A DNA stretch of 64,000 nt from Candidatus Bathyarchaeia archaeon (GCA_049517415.1 JBEKSC010000003.1:32001-96000), one strand, 5' to 3'. Numbered from the stretch's first letter, positions 48,195-58,830 are shown. The notes: generated by a model not told the origin, from the sequence alone. Numbers and translations are program-made.

Positions 48195-48767
48195 ATGAGT
48201 TCAAAAGTATCAGCGTTTGCGAATCCTGCGCCACTTGGTTTAATGGGCTTTGGAATGACGACGGTCCTGCTCAATCTCCACAACATGGGCTTCTTCGGAA
48301 TCAACAACATCGTGGTGGCGATGGGGATCTTTTACGGCGGCCTCGCGCAGATGGTGGCAGGTGCGATGGAATTCCGGAAGGGAAACACCTTTGGAACCTT
48401 AGCCTTCACTTCCTATGGTGCTTTCTGGTTGACGCTCGTCTTCATCATAATCTCCGGCGCTGAACTGCCGCTCTTAGCACCAGACAACGCTGCCTGGGCA
48501 GCGTACTTATTCCTGTGGGGCCTCTTCACATTGGGCATGTTCTTCGGAACCCTCAAAACCAACCGCGCTCTCCAGACAGTATTCCTTTCGCTCGCAATAC
48601 TCTTCTTCCTACTCACTGCAGCACAGGCAATCCCACAGCTTGGCCCAATCGCTGGGATCGAAGGAGTCTTCTGCGGCTTCAGCGCATTCTACCTATCACT
48701 CGCAGAAGTTCTGAACGAATCCCACAACCGTACAGTCCTACCAATTGGACCCATGAAATCCGCCTGA
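48195..48767 (+). CDS. satP: Acetate uptake transporter (GPR1/FUN34/YaaH)
   Basis: NPAPLGLMGF signature, YGG.AQ, SYGAFW; directly follows acs. Confidence 0.9.
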   Translation: MSSKVSAFANPAPLGLMGFGMTTVLLNLHNMGFFGINNIVVAMGIFYGGLAQMVAGAMEFRKGNTFGTLAFTSYGAFWLTLVFIIISGAELPLLAPDNAAWAAYLFLWGLFTLGMFFGTLKTNRALQTVFLSLAILFFLLTAAQAIPQLGPIAGIEGVFCGFSAFYLSLAEVLNESHNRTVLPIGPMKSA

Positions 48768-49108
48768 GTTCTGCATAGGCGAAAAAAGACACGAAAAAAG
48801 CGTAAGCCTACTCACTTCCCATAGCCAATTACAGCTCGCTATGAAAACTCAATACATTCGAGCCCGCAAGCGTCTCGTTGAATCCCAAGCCTGAAACTTA
48901 GCCGCTTTGACTAGGCACATCGGTCGCTCACTTGTTAGTTCGAGTTACCTTGCACATTTGTTTGGCAAATAGCGCTACTTACTGCATTCGTTTCGCGCCT
49001 GAGTTTCCCATGAAAGAAGGCGCTATATGTAGAAGTATATGCTACATGTGCATGATAATTAAAAGACGACATTTCTATTTGCGAACCTTACTTAGGAGTT
49101 GAAGAAGT

Positions 49109-50458
49109 CTGCAAACGCTTACGAAAGAACAGCTTCTCGAGAAAGCGAAGAAGCCAGCACAAGACGCGATGAAACTCCACCCATTCTACCGCGGAAAGAT
49201 GGAGATCGTGCCAAAATGTTGCATTCGTGATTTCAATGACTTCGCTATATGGTATACACCAGGCGTCGCTGACCCTTGCAGGGCTATACAAAAGGACGAG
49301 AAGCTCGTTTATGAATATACGAACAAGTGGAATATGATTGCGATAGTTACTGATGGGACTCGTGTTCTGGGCCTAGGCGACATTGGGCCCAAGGCCGGGC
49401 TCCCCGTCATGGAAGGCAAGTCGATTCTCTTCAAATACCTCGGAGGCGTTGACGCCGTTCCAATCTGCCTAGGAACGAAGGACCCCGACGAGATCATAAC
49501 GGCTGTGAAATGGCTCCAGCCCTCCTTCGGCGGCGTCAACCTCGAAGACATCTCCCAACCCAAATGCTTCCGCATCCTCGACACACTCAGAGCCACAGCC
49601 GAGATTCCAGTTTGGCACGATGACCAGCAGGGAACAGCAACAATCGTCCTGGCCGGCTTGATCAATGCTCTCGAATTCGTTGGGAAGAAAGCTAGCGATG
49701 TAGCGGTTACGATGGTGGGGGCAGGCGCCTCGAACGTTGCATGTAGCCGGCTGATGTTTGCCTACGGCATAAAACCAGAGAATACATTGGTCGTTGACAC
49801 GAAAGGCATCCTCAACGAGAGTAGGCAGGATCTTTCAATGCGTAAGGCCGAGTATGTTGACAAGTGGCGGCTTTGCCAAACCACGAACAAGGACCAGCGA
49901 TCAGGCGGGGTACCTGAAGCCATGAAGGGCTCCGATGTTTGCATTGCCCTCTCCAAACCGGGGCCTGATACAATCAAGAAGGAATGGGTTGCATCAATGG
50001 CCAAGGACGCCATTCTCTTTGCGTGCGCTAATCCAATCCCTGAAATTTGGCCGTGGGAAGCGAAAGAGGCTGGGGCTCGCGTAGTCGCAACTGGTAGGTC
50101 CGACTTTCCTAACCAAGTCAACAATTCCCTCGGCTTTCCAGGGATCTTCCGCGGAGCACTTGACGTTCGCGCTAGGACCATCACGGATGAGATGTGCATC
50201 GCCGCAGCTAACGAGCTTGCAAAATGCGCACGTGAGAAGGGCCTCAGCGAAGACTACATCGCCCCAACAATGGACGAATGGGAAGTCTATCCAAGAGAAG
50301 CCGTCGCAGTCGCTCTCAAAGCGCAAGAAGTCGGAGTGGCCGGCCTGAAGTTGACAAGAACGCAACTATTCGAACAAGCAACGAGTATCATCAAAAGGTC
50401 AAGGGACATGACACAGACATCCATGAAACTAGGCTACATCCGGAAGGCGCCGGATTAG
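49109..50458 (+). CDS. NAD(P)-dependent malic enzyme
   Basis: YTPGVA, TDGTRVLGLG, MEGK, NLEDI, HDDQQGT, TGRSDFPNQVNN; first ATG at 49169, probable CTG start at 49109. Confidence 0.9.
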   Translation: MQTLTKEQLLEKAKKPAQDAMKLHPFYRGKMEIVPKCCIRDFNDFAIWYTPGVADPCRAIQKDEKLVYEYTNKWNMIAIVTDGTRVLGLGDIGPKAGLPVMEGKSILFKYLGGVDAVPICLGTKDPDEIITAVKWLQPSFGGVNLEDISQPKCFRILDTLRATAEIPVWHDDQQGTATIVLAGLINALEFVGKKASDVAVTMVGAGASNVACSRLMFAYGIKPENTLVVDTKGILNESRQDLSMRKAEYVDKWRLCQTTNKDQRSGGVPEAMKGSDVCIALSKPGPDTIKKEWVASMAKDAILFACANPIPEIWPWEAKEAGARVVATGRSDFPNQVNNSLGFPGIFRGALDVRARTITDEMCIAAANELAKCAREKGLSEDYIAPTMDEWEVYPREAVAVALKAQEVGVAGLKLTRTQLFEQATSIIKRSRDMTQTSMKLGYIRKAPD

Positions 50459-50473
50459 CGGAGGGGAATTGAT

Positions 50474-51409
50474 TTGAAGAAAGATGCATCAGAAAAAGAA
50501 TACGACCTGTTGATCATCGGCGGCGGACCAGCGGGCCTAACGGCTGCGGCTTACGCAGTCAGAAAAAGAATCGAAGCGATGCTGATCAGCGAAGACCTTG
50601 GCGGGAAGACTAACTACAAGTTCTCCTTGCCTGACGTTGAAACGAACCTCGTCATAGACGGTGAAGAGCTGGTTGGCAAGTTCAAGAGTCAGATAGAGTA
50701 CCTGGACTTTACACGTTACCTTGACGAAGTCACGAAACTAGAGCGAAAAGAAAACAAGTTCGTTGCAACCACGAGAGGCGGGAAGGCATTCAAAGGGAAA
50801 TCTGTCATAATCGCGATAGGCGTAATGCCAAAGCGGCTCAACGTTCCCGGCGAAAAAGACTTCCTAGGTCGAGGGGTTAGCTACTCTGCCGTCAGCCACG
50901 CACCACTATTCATCGACATGGAAGTTGCCGTCGTTGGCGACGGACTGCCAGCTCTTCAAGCCACAGCTGAACTAGCACAAATAGCCAAGAAGGTCAACGT
51001 GGTCGGCCTCCCAGCAAAGTATTTGGACACAGAACTCGGAAAGATGCTAAAGAATTCAGGAAGAGTGCAATTCTTCACCGACTACGAGGCGAGGGAAATT
51101 CGTGGCAGCTCATCCGTAGAGAGCCTGCTGGTACGTTCCAAAGTTGACAAGACGGAGAAAGTAATCGCTGTTAGGGGTGTGTTCGTCGAGTTGGGATACG
51201 TTCCTAACAAAGAGCTGTTCTCAAAACTGGTGAAGACAACTGCGGAAGGAAGGATCATGATAACCGAGAACAACCAAACTAGCATACCAGGTCTTTTCGC
51301 AGCAGGAGACGTAACTGATGTAAACGCGCAACAAGTTGTCATAGCGATCGGGGAAGGAGCGAACGCCGCGCTTAGCGCCTACAATTACCTTCTCAGCCTA
51401 AAACGATAA
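50474..51409 (+). CDS. Thioredoxin reductase-like flavoprotein lacking CxxC
   Basis: GGGPAG, GRGVSYSAVSH (in place of YCATCD), TSIPGLFAAGD. Confidence 0.85.
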   Translation: MKKDASEKEYDLLIIGGGPAGLTAAAYAVRKRIEAMLISEDLGGKTNYKFSLPDVETNLVIDGEELVGKFKSQIEYLDFTRYLDEVTKLERKENKFVATTRGGKAFKGKSVIIAIGVMPKRLNVPGEKDFLGRGVSYSAVSHAPLFIDMEVAVVGDGLPALQATAELAQIAKKVNVVGLPAKYLDTELGKMLKNSGRVQFFTDYEAREIRGSSSVESLLVRSKVDKTEKVIAVRGVFVELGYVPNKELFSKLVKTTAEGRIMITENNQTSIPGLFAAGDVTDVNAQQVVIAIGEGANAALSAYNYLLSLKR

Positions 51410-51601
51410 GGCCGTATTTTGAGACCTGCTCCGCTTGGTTGAAAAGTGGAGCAATCTCCTTTTCTTATTTTCTCTCCAACCCAAATTTACACTTAGAAAC
51501 TGCTAAGCGTAAGGTGAAGGTGCAAGTTCTAGGCAGCCAACCCGTGATAGACCCTGTCTCAATTGAACAGGTCGCGTAGGTGCTAGACCAGGCTGGAAGC
51601 C

Positions 51602-53011
51602 TTAAGATAGCCAGTCGCTGTGGAAGTGCCCTGACTTATCGATTCTTTCGTAGCCGTGTGCTCCGAAAAGGTCCCGCAGCGCCTGAATGAGGTTGGCGGG
51701 TAATCTCTCGCTCCTGTAACCGTCATAGTAGTCCAACGAGGCATCTAGGGCGGGAGTCGGAATTCCAGAAATCTTCGCGGCCTTAATCGCATCGCGCCAT
51801 TTCTTGTCAAGCTTGATCAAAGTTTCAGCGAGGTCAGCGTTTAGCAGTAGGTTCTGTAGGTTTGGATTCGCCTGAAACGCACTTCTAATCGGATCTAGGA
51901 GTTTGGCGCGGATTATGCATCCTCCCTTCCATATACGTGCGACTTCTTCCAACGGGATCCGATACTCATATGCTTCCGAGGCAGCGCGCATCAAATGAAA
52001 TCCTTGAGCGTAGGCTACAATTATTGAGGCCCGAACGGCACCCTCCAGCCTGTCCGAGAGGTTCTTGGGTGGTAAATTTGGCGCAGTTTTTCTGCTTGTT
52101 GTCAATATTTGCGCGGCCTTAACGCGTTCATCCTTTAGTGCTGAAAGGTTTCTCGCTGTGACTGCGGCGTCAATTGTGGGGGTTGGGATCCCTAGGTCCA
52201 AGGCGTTTTGCGAAGTCCATTTTCCGGTTCCCTTTTGTTGTGCTCGGTCGAGGATTAGTGAGACTAGTGGGCGCTTGCTTTCGGCGTCATTTTTCTTGAG
52301 GGCTTGGGTTGCAATTTCCATTAGGAAGGAGTTGAGTTCGCCTTCGCTCCATTCCTTGAAAACGTTCCGTACTTGTTTGATGCTCAGGCGACCAGCTCTG
52401 GTTAGTAGGTCGTAGGCTTCAGCGATGGTTTGGATTATAGCGTATTCGATGCCATTGTGAATCATTTTTACGTAATGGCCTGCCCCTCTTGGGCCAAGGT
52501 ATTGGCAACATGGGCCATCCGCATGCGCTGCTATTCGACTTAACATCTCGCCAACATGTTCGTAACCTTCCTTTGGGCCCCCGACCATCACGCATGGGCC
52601 TCTGAGCGCGCCTTCTTCACCTCCACTTACACCTACTCCCAAGAAGTGAATTCCGTGCTTTCCTAATTCACCACATCTTCGTTCCGTGTCTTGAAAATGT
52701 GAATTTCCACCATCCATCAACACATCCCCACGGTTAAGCAAACTTGTCAGGCTGCTGATGGTCGCGTCGACCGCCGGACCAGCTGTCAACATCAGGAAAA
52801 CGCGCCGCGGTTGTGAGAGCGAGCCGATGAAATCTGGGAGAGTATAGGTTGAGCCGATTTCGGGGTGCTTGGCGGTGAAACTCCTGGTCTTCTCTTCGGT
52901 GCGGTTGAAGGCGGCGACCGAGTAACCGTGGTTATGAAAGTTCAGTGCTAGGTTTTGTCCCATTACGCCAAGGCCAATCAATCCTACGTCTTTGCCGCCC
53001 AACACTCTCAC
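51602..53011 (-). CDS. gndA: 6-phosphogluconate dehydrogenase (decarboxylating)
   Basis: GLGVMG, DGGNS, VSGGEEGA, KMIHNGIEY, QKGTGKWT, GCIIR, RDLFGAH. Confidence 0.95.
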   Translation of the reverse strand: MRVLGGKDVGLIGLGVMGQNLALNFHNHGYSVAAFNRTEEKTRSFTAKHPEIGSTYTLPDFIGSLSQPRRVFLMLTAGPAVDATISSLTSLLNRGDVLMDGGNSHFQDTERRCGELGKHGIHFLGVGVSGGEEGALRGPCVMVGGPKEGYEHVGEMLSRIAAHADGPCCQYLGPRGAGHYVKMIHNGIEYAIIQTIAEAYDLLTRAGRLSIKQVRNVFKEWSEGELNSFLMEIATQALKKNDAESKRPLVSLILDRAQQKGTGKWTSQNALDLGIPTPTIDAAVTARNLSALKDERVKAAQILTTSRKTAPNLPPKNLSDRLEGAVRASIIVAYAQGFHLMRAASEAYEYRIPLEEVARIWKGGCIIRAKLLDPIRSAFQANPNLQNLLLNADLAETLIKLDKKWRDAIKAAKISGIPTPALDASLDYYDGYRSERLPANLIQALRDLFGAHGYERIDKSGHFHSDWLS

Positions 53012-53047
53012 CTCAAGCTGCCTTATGCGTTAGGCTTCAAAAAGAGT

Positions 53048-54217
53048 TCATCTTCGCTGCCTAGCTCGCTTACGGCGACGATGGGGCCGGCGCCTTGCCG
53101 GTTTGTTAGGTCTTCTGCGTACCATGAGGTAAGCTAAGGCAAAGATGATTAGGATTCCTGTCAAGATGAGTAATGGTTCAGAATAATCTGCCTGCCAAAC
53201 TGCAGTGAGCGTATGGGGTCTGTTCATGGATATGGTTCCCGTGGTGGAGCTTGTGAGTAGTTGGCCGTTCTCGTCCCAGCCTTGAAACTTCATCTTGCCT
53301 CCCAAGCTTCCGAGTAGGCCGGGTATGGGTTCGGTCTGTGCGACTGAGAACGTTGCTGTTTCTGCTTCGTTGTACCATCCTGCCCCTGTAGAAATTGCCT
53401 GGGGGCCTGCTAATGTGAGTAAGTTCTGCGTCACGTAGGCAATGGTAATGTTCGTGTCGCTAATTATGAAAACGGTTCTATTCGTGTCAGTCGACCCGTC
53501 AGGCCAATGGTCGAACATCAACCTGGTTGTTGGGCCGACTTGGACGAGAGCGGGTACTGAAATGTTGTGCTTGCCCAATGTAACTCCGACCACGGCTGGG
53601 CCAGGGGGTTCTTGCACTCCATCAACGGAAATAGCTACGGAGGCTGGAACCGTTACCTTCAACGCTAGGGGCGTCAGCTGGATACCGAAGAGAACGGTAC
53701 TCGTTGTTTTCGGGATTAGATTGTGAGCGGGATCGAAGAGCGCCGTTGTCATGTTCAAATCCCATGTTCCAGGTCCGTGTTTCCCGCCAAGGATTCCACC
53801 GATCTTGAAGTTCAAGTGTTCTGCACTCGTTGCCGTTTTGATACCGATAACGCAGAGCGCGGCGAGCACAGGTTGGTTTAGGCATGAGTCAGGCGAGGAG
53901 GTTACGATTCCGGGTGTAATTTCATGAGGAGTCGTGTCTTGGTCAATTATCCCGGTATACAGGTAATTCCCTGGGGTTGTATTATTGTAGTAGACAATTG
54001 CCGTGACTTCTATGGGACTTTGGCCGCCGGCAACCACGTGAATTGGTTGCACTAGTTCATAGATTCTTGTGCTTTGCGCGTAAACGTTGGGAAATGCAAG
54101 AACGAGAGAAGTTACGAACAAGCAGACTAGCATCGCATAAGCTTTTTTCAACTTGAGACCTACCGAACGAAGTTTTGTCGCAAGCACCGATTCCGGAAGA
54201 AAACCCTTGTGGTACAC
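53048..54217 (-). CDS. Secreted, C-terminally anchored hypothetical protein
   Basis: Signal-like helix, Ig-like repeats (FDHW, FQGW), C-terminal TM and Arg-rich tail. Confidence 0.75.
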   Translation of the reverse strand: MYHKGFLPESVLATKLRSVGLKLKKAYAMLVCLFVTSLVLAFPNVYAQSTRIYELVQPIHVVAGGQSPIEVTAIVYYNNTTPGNYLYTGIIDQDTTPHEITPGIVTSSPDSCLNQPVLAALCVIGIKTATSAEHLNFKIGGILGGKHGPGTWDLNMTTALFDPAHNLIPKTTSTVLFGIQLTPLALKVTVPASVAISVDGVQEPPGPAVVGVTLGKHNISVPALVQVGPTTRLMFDHWPDGSTDTNRTVFIISDTNITIAYVTQNLLTLAGPQAISTGAGWYNEAETATFSVAQTEPIPGLLGSLGGKMKFQGWDENGQLLTSSTTGTISMNRPHTLTAVWQADYSEPLLILTGILIIFALAYLMVRRRPNKPARRRPHRRRKRARQRR

Positions 54218-54284
54218 TTGTTCAGATTCCGGTTATCAGCCTCTTCGTGACCTTAGCTCAGGTCCTACGTGAACTACACAATCT

Positions 54285-54533
54285 TCAGGCAGCATGTTGA
54301 GGTTCTTTCGACTTTCCAGTTGTGGCTCCATAGAGCAATAAGAGAGCTCCTAAGAGGATCATGGGAGCTGCGAACAATAGGTTCGGGAAAATTACAACTC
54401 CTCGGCTCGTGTTCGGCAGGTTCACTATAAGTGGCATAGGTGCCGCAGCAAGAGCCGCCGCCACTACAGCGATCCCTAGTAAGATTCCGAGTCTAGTCAA
54501 ACTGCTCACCCATTGGATTATTAGTCCGCTCAC
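54285..54533 (-). CDS. Small 2-TM membrane protein
   Basis: 82 aa with two hydrophobic helices, abuts the upstream ORF. Confidence 0.6.
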   Translation of the reverse strand: MSGLIIQWVSSLTRLGILLGIAVVAAALAAAPMPLIVNLPNTSRGVVIFPNLLFAAPMILLGALLLLYGATTGKSKEPQHAA

Positions 54534-54943
54534 TAAGCGTAAGCGTACAACCCACCTAATTTCGCAACCAAAGTTTCAGAAACAACCACCTTGATAGGTC
54601 TTTGCTCTTTCGTGGAAATGTTCTCCGCCATGACCCTTGACAATTGCGCCCCAGGTGAACCGTACATCGAAGGCTCAAGGGTAGATTGCAAACCCTCCAA
54701 ATGAACCCTCTGAGTGGGGTAGAGCATTTTCATCTCATAATCGTACCCCGTCAGCTCATCTTTGAAAACCGCACGGCTGCCCTCCGCGCCAGCTCCTTCA
54801 ACAATTACATAACGGACCAGAAAGATTCGCTGGGGGTAATTTCCTGGGTCACGGTCGGCGAGGAGAAGTGACTCCACTCCCCGCTCGTCAACGAACAAAC
54901 ACTTGTGGAAGGTCCCGGATATGCGGTAGACCAACGGCTCCAT
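54533..54943 (-). CDS. Hypothetical protein
   Basis: 136-aa ORF with ATG start, stop abuts the next gene. Confidence 0.65.
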   Translation of the reverse strand: MEPLVYRISGTFHKCLFVDERGVESLLLADRDPGNYPQRIFLVRYVIVEGAGAEGSRAVFKDELTGYDYEMKMLYPTQRVHLEGLQSTLEPSMYGSPGAQLSRVMAENISTKEQRPIKVVVSETLVAKLGGLYAYA

Positions 54944-55333
54944 GCAAATTAACCCCTTTGCTTCAGCGGAGAGTTTTCATTGGTCAGTTGAGGGCGATAA
55001 AGTGTAAGCATGAGATTGCAACTTTGATCGGCGAGATGCTTACCATTGATGTCAAGGTTTGAAAAAGAAGGCCAACGCCTAATCTGTGACAAATGCGGTT
55101 TTGAAACAAACAATCAAGAGATCTTTTCCTTACACAAAAAGAACTGCCCTCGCATCTAAAACCCCTAGCTTAATCTTCAGGAAGTATTATCGACACAGTC
55201 AGGGGCGTAGTAGTCACCTCTTACGCCTCCAGTTTCTTCTTGAAAAGAGTCCTCTCACTGAATTCTTAGGGTTCCTGAGGGCTTCGGGATGACTTTAATT
55301 CTAAAGACCCCAGGCCTGTGATGGGCTAGTAAC

Positions 55334-55594
55334 ATGGGGATCCAGATGGAGGGTTTCTTATTCAACGATTACTGCTTCCAATGCCAGAGAACAACCGAAC
55401 ACAAAATCCTACTCGGAGGCAAGGAACTTTTCGGCGCCTGTTCTTCTTGCGGGGAAAAGCGCGCATTAACTGAGGTAAAGCAGGTCCATTACCAGAAAAC
55501 GGACTTCTGGGTTACCCGATTCAAGATGGGAAATCTCCCCAGCGTTGTTGCAGGCAAGCTTGTGGACGCCGTCCGCCGTACAAGGCAAACGTAA
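55334..55594 (+). CDS. Small zinc-ribbon protein
   Basis: CFQC...CSSC motifs, 86 aa. Confidence 0.6.
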   Translation: MGIQMEGFLFNDYCFQCQRTTEHKILLGGKELFGACSSCGEKRALTEVKQVHYQKTDFWVTRFKMGNLPSVVAGKLVDAVRRTRQT

Positions 55595-55991
55595 GGGCAC
55601 GAAATCGCCGCTCGTCCCTGTCCGTTCAGATTTTTCGACTACGCCCCAGCGTACGTTCCATGAAAAGCTGTTGAAAAGTTTCGACAATTGCCATCAGCTC
55701 GTCACAGTACGCACAGGAAAAGTTTCATCGTAATTTCTTGCTGCACGAATCTTGTATGGAAAATTGAAAATCCTGAATCACAAGATCAGATGCGCAAGAA
55801 ACTGATTAGGGATTCGTTGTAACATTTTGGGTTTGCGCGGGAATGGAAACCTAAATTCGTGATGCCGCGGAAAATTTTGGTGAAGAATTTTTTCGCGCGG
55901 CCTTCGATTCTGATGGGGCAAGGCTTATATCCAAATTATTTAACTGTAGATCAAAGTCGGGAATTCTTCGGGAGGGTCTTGAGTACAAAAA

Positions 55992-56399
55992 TTGTCCGCT
56001 AGACCTTATGCTTACAGGCAAATTGTAGCAACGCTTTACGGATGCCGCTCAGACCTTCTCGACGACAAGCTTCTCCTGAATACAACTTTGAAAGCGGTCC
56101 GCAATGCGAACATGGAACTCGCGAAAACGAAAACCACGAACCCGCTCGTCTACAGAGTTACCGACGACATCATGGGCGGTGGTGTGAGCGTGAACGCTAT
56201 CATTACAACAAGCCACCTCACAGTTCACACGTCAAGAATGTACGCGACGGTGGAGTTCGATTGCGCAACTTGCGGCTGTGATAGTAATCCATGGGCAGCG
56301 CTCGAGACCTTCAAACGAGCCTTAAGGCCTACGCACGTTACCATGCAATATCAGCATGGTGAACAGCCACTGCTGACAGTCCCAGCCATCAAAGCTTAA
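55992..56399 (+). CDS. Pyruvoyl-dependent decarboxylase proenzyme (SpeD/AdoMetDC-like, divergent)
   Basis: LYGC, GGVS...TTSHLTVHT (canonical ESHxxxHT), TCG. Confidence 0.7.
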   Translation: MSARPYAYRQIVATLYGCRSDLLDDKLLLNTTLKAVRNANMELAKTKTTNPLVYRVTDDIMGGGVSVNAIITTSHLTVHTSRMYATVEFDCATCGCDSNPWAALETFKRALRPTHVTMQYQHGEQPLLTVPAIKA

Positions 56400-56417
56400 G
56401 CGAACAGGCCGTAAGGT

Positions 56418-56861
56418 TTACTGCGATTCTTCATTTGGACTATTATCACTAGCGAGCTCCAGTTTTCTAACGGAGTTGCCAATCTCGTCCAACAGAGGTT
56501 GTTCCACTTCTGGGTCGAGACTCAAAACGACGAGGTGAGCTGCTGTTCGGTAGAAGACCAAGGTCACCTTTTCGTATCGCAAAGTGACACGTCTAATTGG
56601 GCCGCAGAATGGCCGTAGTTTCTCGGCAGCATCCATGATCAAGCTTGTAGCAATCGTCATGAAGTCGCGGTCAGTTTGGGCGGGAGTTAACGAAGAAACT
56701 CCTCCCCGCATTCTCGATTCTAGGAGGTCATACTGGTGGTTTAGGATAGCGATGTATCTGATGCGTTTGTCTAGTTTGAAGATGTTCTCAGTAATTTCTT
56801 TGTTGTCGATCAATGTCTCCCAGCGTCTACCCGCTATCGGCAGAGATATATGGGCTTGCAA
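56418..56861 (-). CDS. Roadblock/profilin-like small protein (archaeal DUF6659-like)
   Basis: LDKRIRYIAIL...MRGGVSSLT...LRYEKV pattern. Confidence 0.55.
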   Translation of the reverse strand: MQAHISLPIAGRRWETLIDNKEITENIFKLDKRIRYIAILNHQYDLLESRMRGGVSSLTPAQTDRDFMTIATSLIMDAAEKLRPFCGPIRRVTLRYEKVTLVFYRTAAHLVVLSLDPEVEQPLLDEIGNSVRKLELASDNSPNEESQ

Positions 56862-56927
56862 GTCGGGGATTTTGATGTAAGACTTAATTCAGGCCTACTC
56901 CGGTAAGCGTTCGGCGGTGTTTAACCC

Positions 56928-57446
56928 TTGCTTGACTCGACCAAGATACGACGCGAAATATCGAGATTGTACGATAAAGACCCTCAAGGTTGGAGAGTCT
57001 TGGTCGGTAAGGACAAAACTGGATTCTACGACGTACTGATCTCGCATGGCACGCAGGCTTGGCAGGTAAAAGAGTACCAAGTTAACCCCTACAAGTTCGT
57101 GGGGCTAGGTTCTAGGCTCCCAAACTCGACTCCTGGGCCCTTGATTTCTAACGATAACCCCTTCGGTTTTAGGCCCGTAGGGGTCGAACAAATGAAGGAA
57201 CTCGCAACTGTGATAGATGACCCGAGGGCGGTGAGTGACCTAGCAGCCAAGCTTCTCGCTGAAAAACCAGTTAGTTCCACTGAAGCGTTAGAGAGCCCGG
57301 GGGTTCTGCACGGTCCGATCCTGCATTCTACTAGACCGATTGAGGCCCTCTCCTCTTCTCATACGAAGCTGGACGAGAAACTGAGAAGGGAGTTGCAACG
57401 GATCGTCAATAGAGAATTCAGGCACACAATTGCGCCATACATTTGA
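56928..57446 (+). CDS. Hypothetical protein
   Basis: 172-aa ORF with ordinary composition. Confidence 0.7.
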   Translation: MLDSTKIRREISRLYDKDPQGWRVLVGKDKTGFYDVLISHGTQAWQVKEYQVNPYKFVGLGSRLPNSTPGPLISNDNPFGFRPVGVEQMKELATVIDDPRAVSDLAAKLLAEKPVSSTEALESPGVLHGPILHSTRPIEALSSSHTKLDEKLRRELQRIVNREFRHTIAPYI

Positions 57447-57643
57447 ATGGAAAGCTCGGAGTCTTCGGGGGGCACGTTCAAAGCCAACGCGCCGGTGGGC
57501 TATATCTCGCGTGGAGACTTGATAAAGGCCCAAAGAGACAAAATCGTTGATGACACGATCGTCGAGAAAGGCGCTTGGGCGCGCTTAATGCGGAAATAAC
57601 CTTGTTGCATCCTGGTGTGTAGAGTATGTCAGGGGTATGAGTT

Positions 57644-58830
57644 GTGAAGATAACCAACGTTGACATTTTCCAACTTGGTGAATCCGCTGCGACCGGCAGC
57701 GCAACATGGGCTGCTAACTCCATTATCATTAAGCTAACGACCTCGAATGGCCTTGTTGGCTACGGCGAGGCTGTGCCTACGTTGAGAGTTCAACCAGTGA
57801 TACAGTCTCTTCGTGAAGTTGCTCGAATCTACATCGGCACTGATCCTTGTGACGTTGAGCGTAGTTGGCGTGAGTGGTACAAGCATGACTTCTACCTGCC
57901 TGTGTCCTTCGAGTCGACAACCGCGGTTAGCGCATTCGACATTGCCTGCTGGGACATAATCGGAAAACAATTCGGCGCACCCCTACACAAACTGATAGGG
58001 GGGGGTCGACGAGAACGAAGGTACGCCTCTACTCAAACGGATGGTACGACAACTGCGTGATGCCAAGCCAATTTGCGGAACGCGCGAAGAAGTTTGCTGG
58101 AATGGGTTACACCGGCCTGAAGTTCGATCCCTTCGGCAATTACTATGACTGGATTGATGCGAAAGGGTTGAGCTTAGCATACGAACGGGTTAAGGCCGTA
58201 CGGGATGCCACTGGTGGGAAAGTGGACTTGCTCATAGAGCATCACGGAAGATTCAACCCCAACTCCGCCATCATGATCGCTAAGAAACTCGGTGAATTTG
58301 ACCCTCTCTTCATGGAGGAACCCGTTCACCCAGAGAACATAGACGGCCTGAGAAAGTACAGAGAGGCAACCGATGTTAGAGTTGCCCTCGGTGAGAGAAT
58401 ATTAACCAAAGAGCAAGCGGCCAATATTCTATCGAACAACCTTACAGATTTACTTCAACCCGACATAACAAACATAGGTGGAGTAACTCAGGCGTTGAAG
58501 GTTGTGGCCATCGCTGAGGCATACGGAGTGGAGATTGCATTCCACAACGCCTTCGGCCCTATTCAAAACGCGGTAACCGTTCAATTAGACGTGGCCATAC
58601 CTAACTTCCTGATTCAAGAATCCTTCTATGATGTTTTTCCATCTTGGAAACGGCAATTGGTTAGGGATCAGTCAAGGGTTGAGAACGGCTACGCCGCTGT
58701 GCCAACAAAACCTGGTCTAGGTGTTGAAGTAGACGAGAAAGTTCTAGAGGATCATAAGGTGGAAGGCCAAGAATACTTCAACCCAGACGAACCCGTCTGG
58801 GTGGTGAAGAACACATGGGAGACTCCGTAA
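57644..58830 (+). pseudogene. gad: Gluconate dehydratase (mandelate racemase/enolase superfamily), frameshifted at a G8 run
   Basis: [25 protein letters not shown], then the -1 frame [36 protein letters not shown] closely resemble crenarchaeal Gad; G8 at 57998-58005. Confidence 0.85.

Noticed and set aside
55864..55901. Imperfect hairpin GCCGCG..AT-rich..CGCGGC upstream of the speD-like gene
   Set aside because: A single imperfect stem with no recognisable ncRNA or riboswitch features
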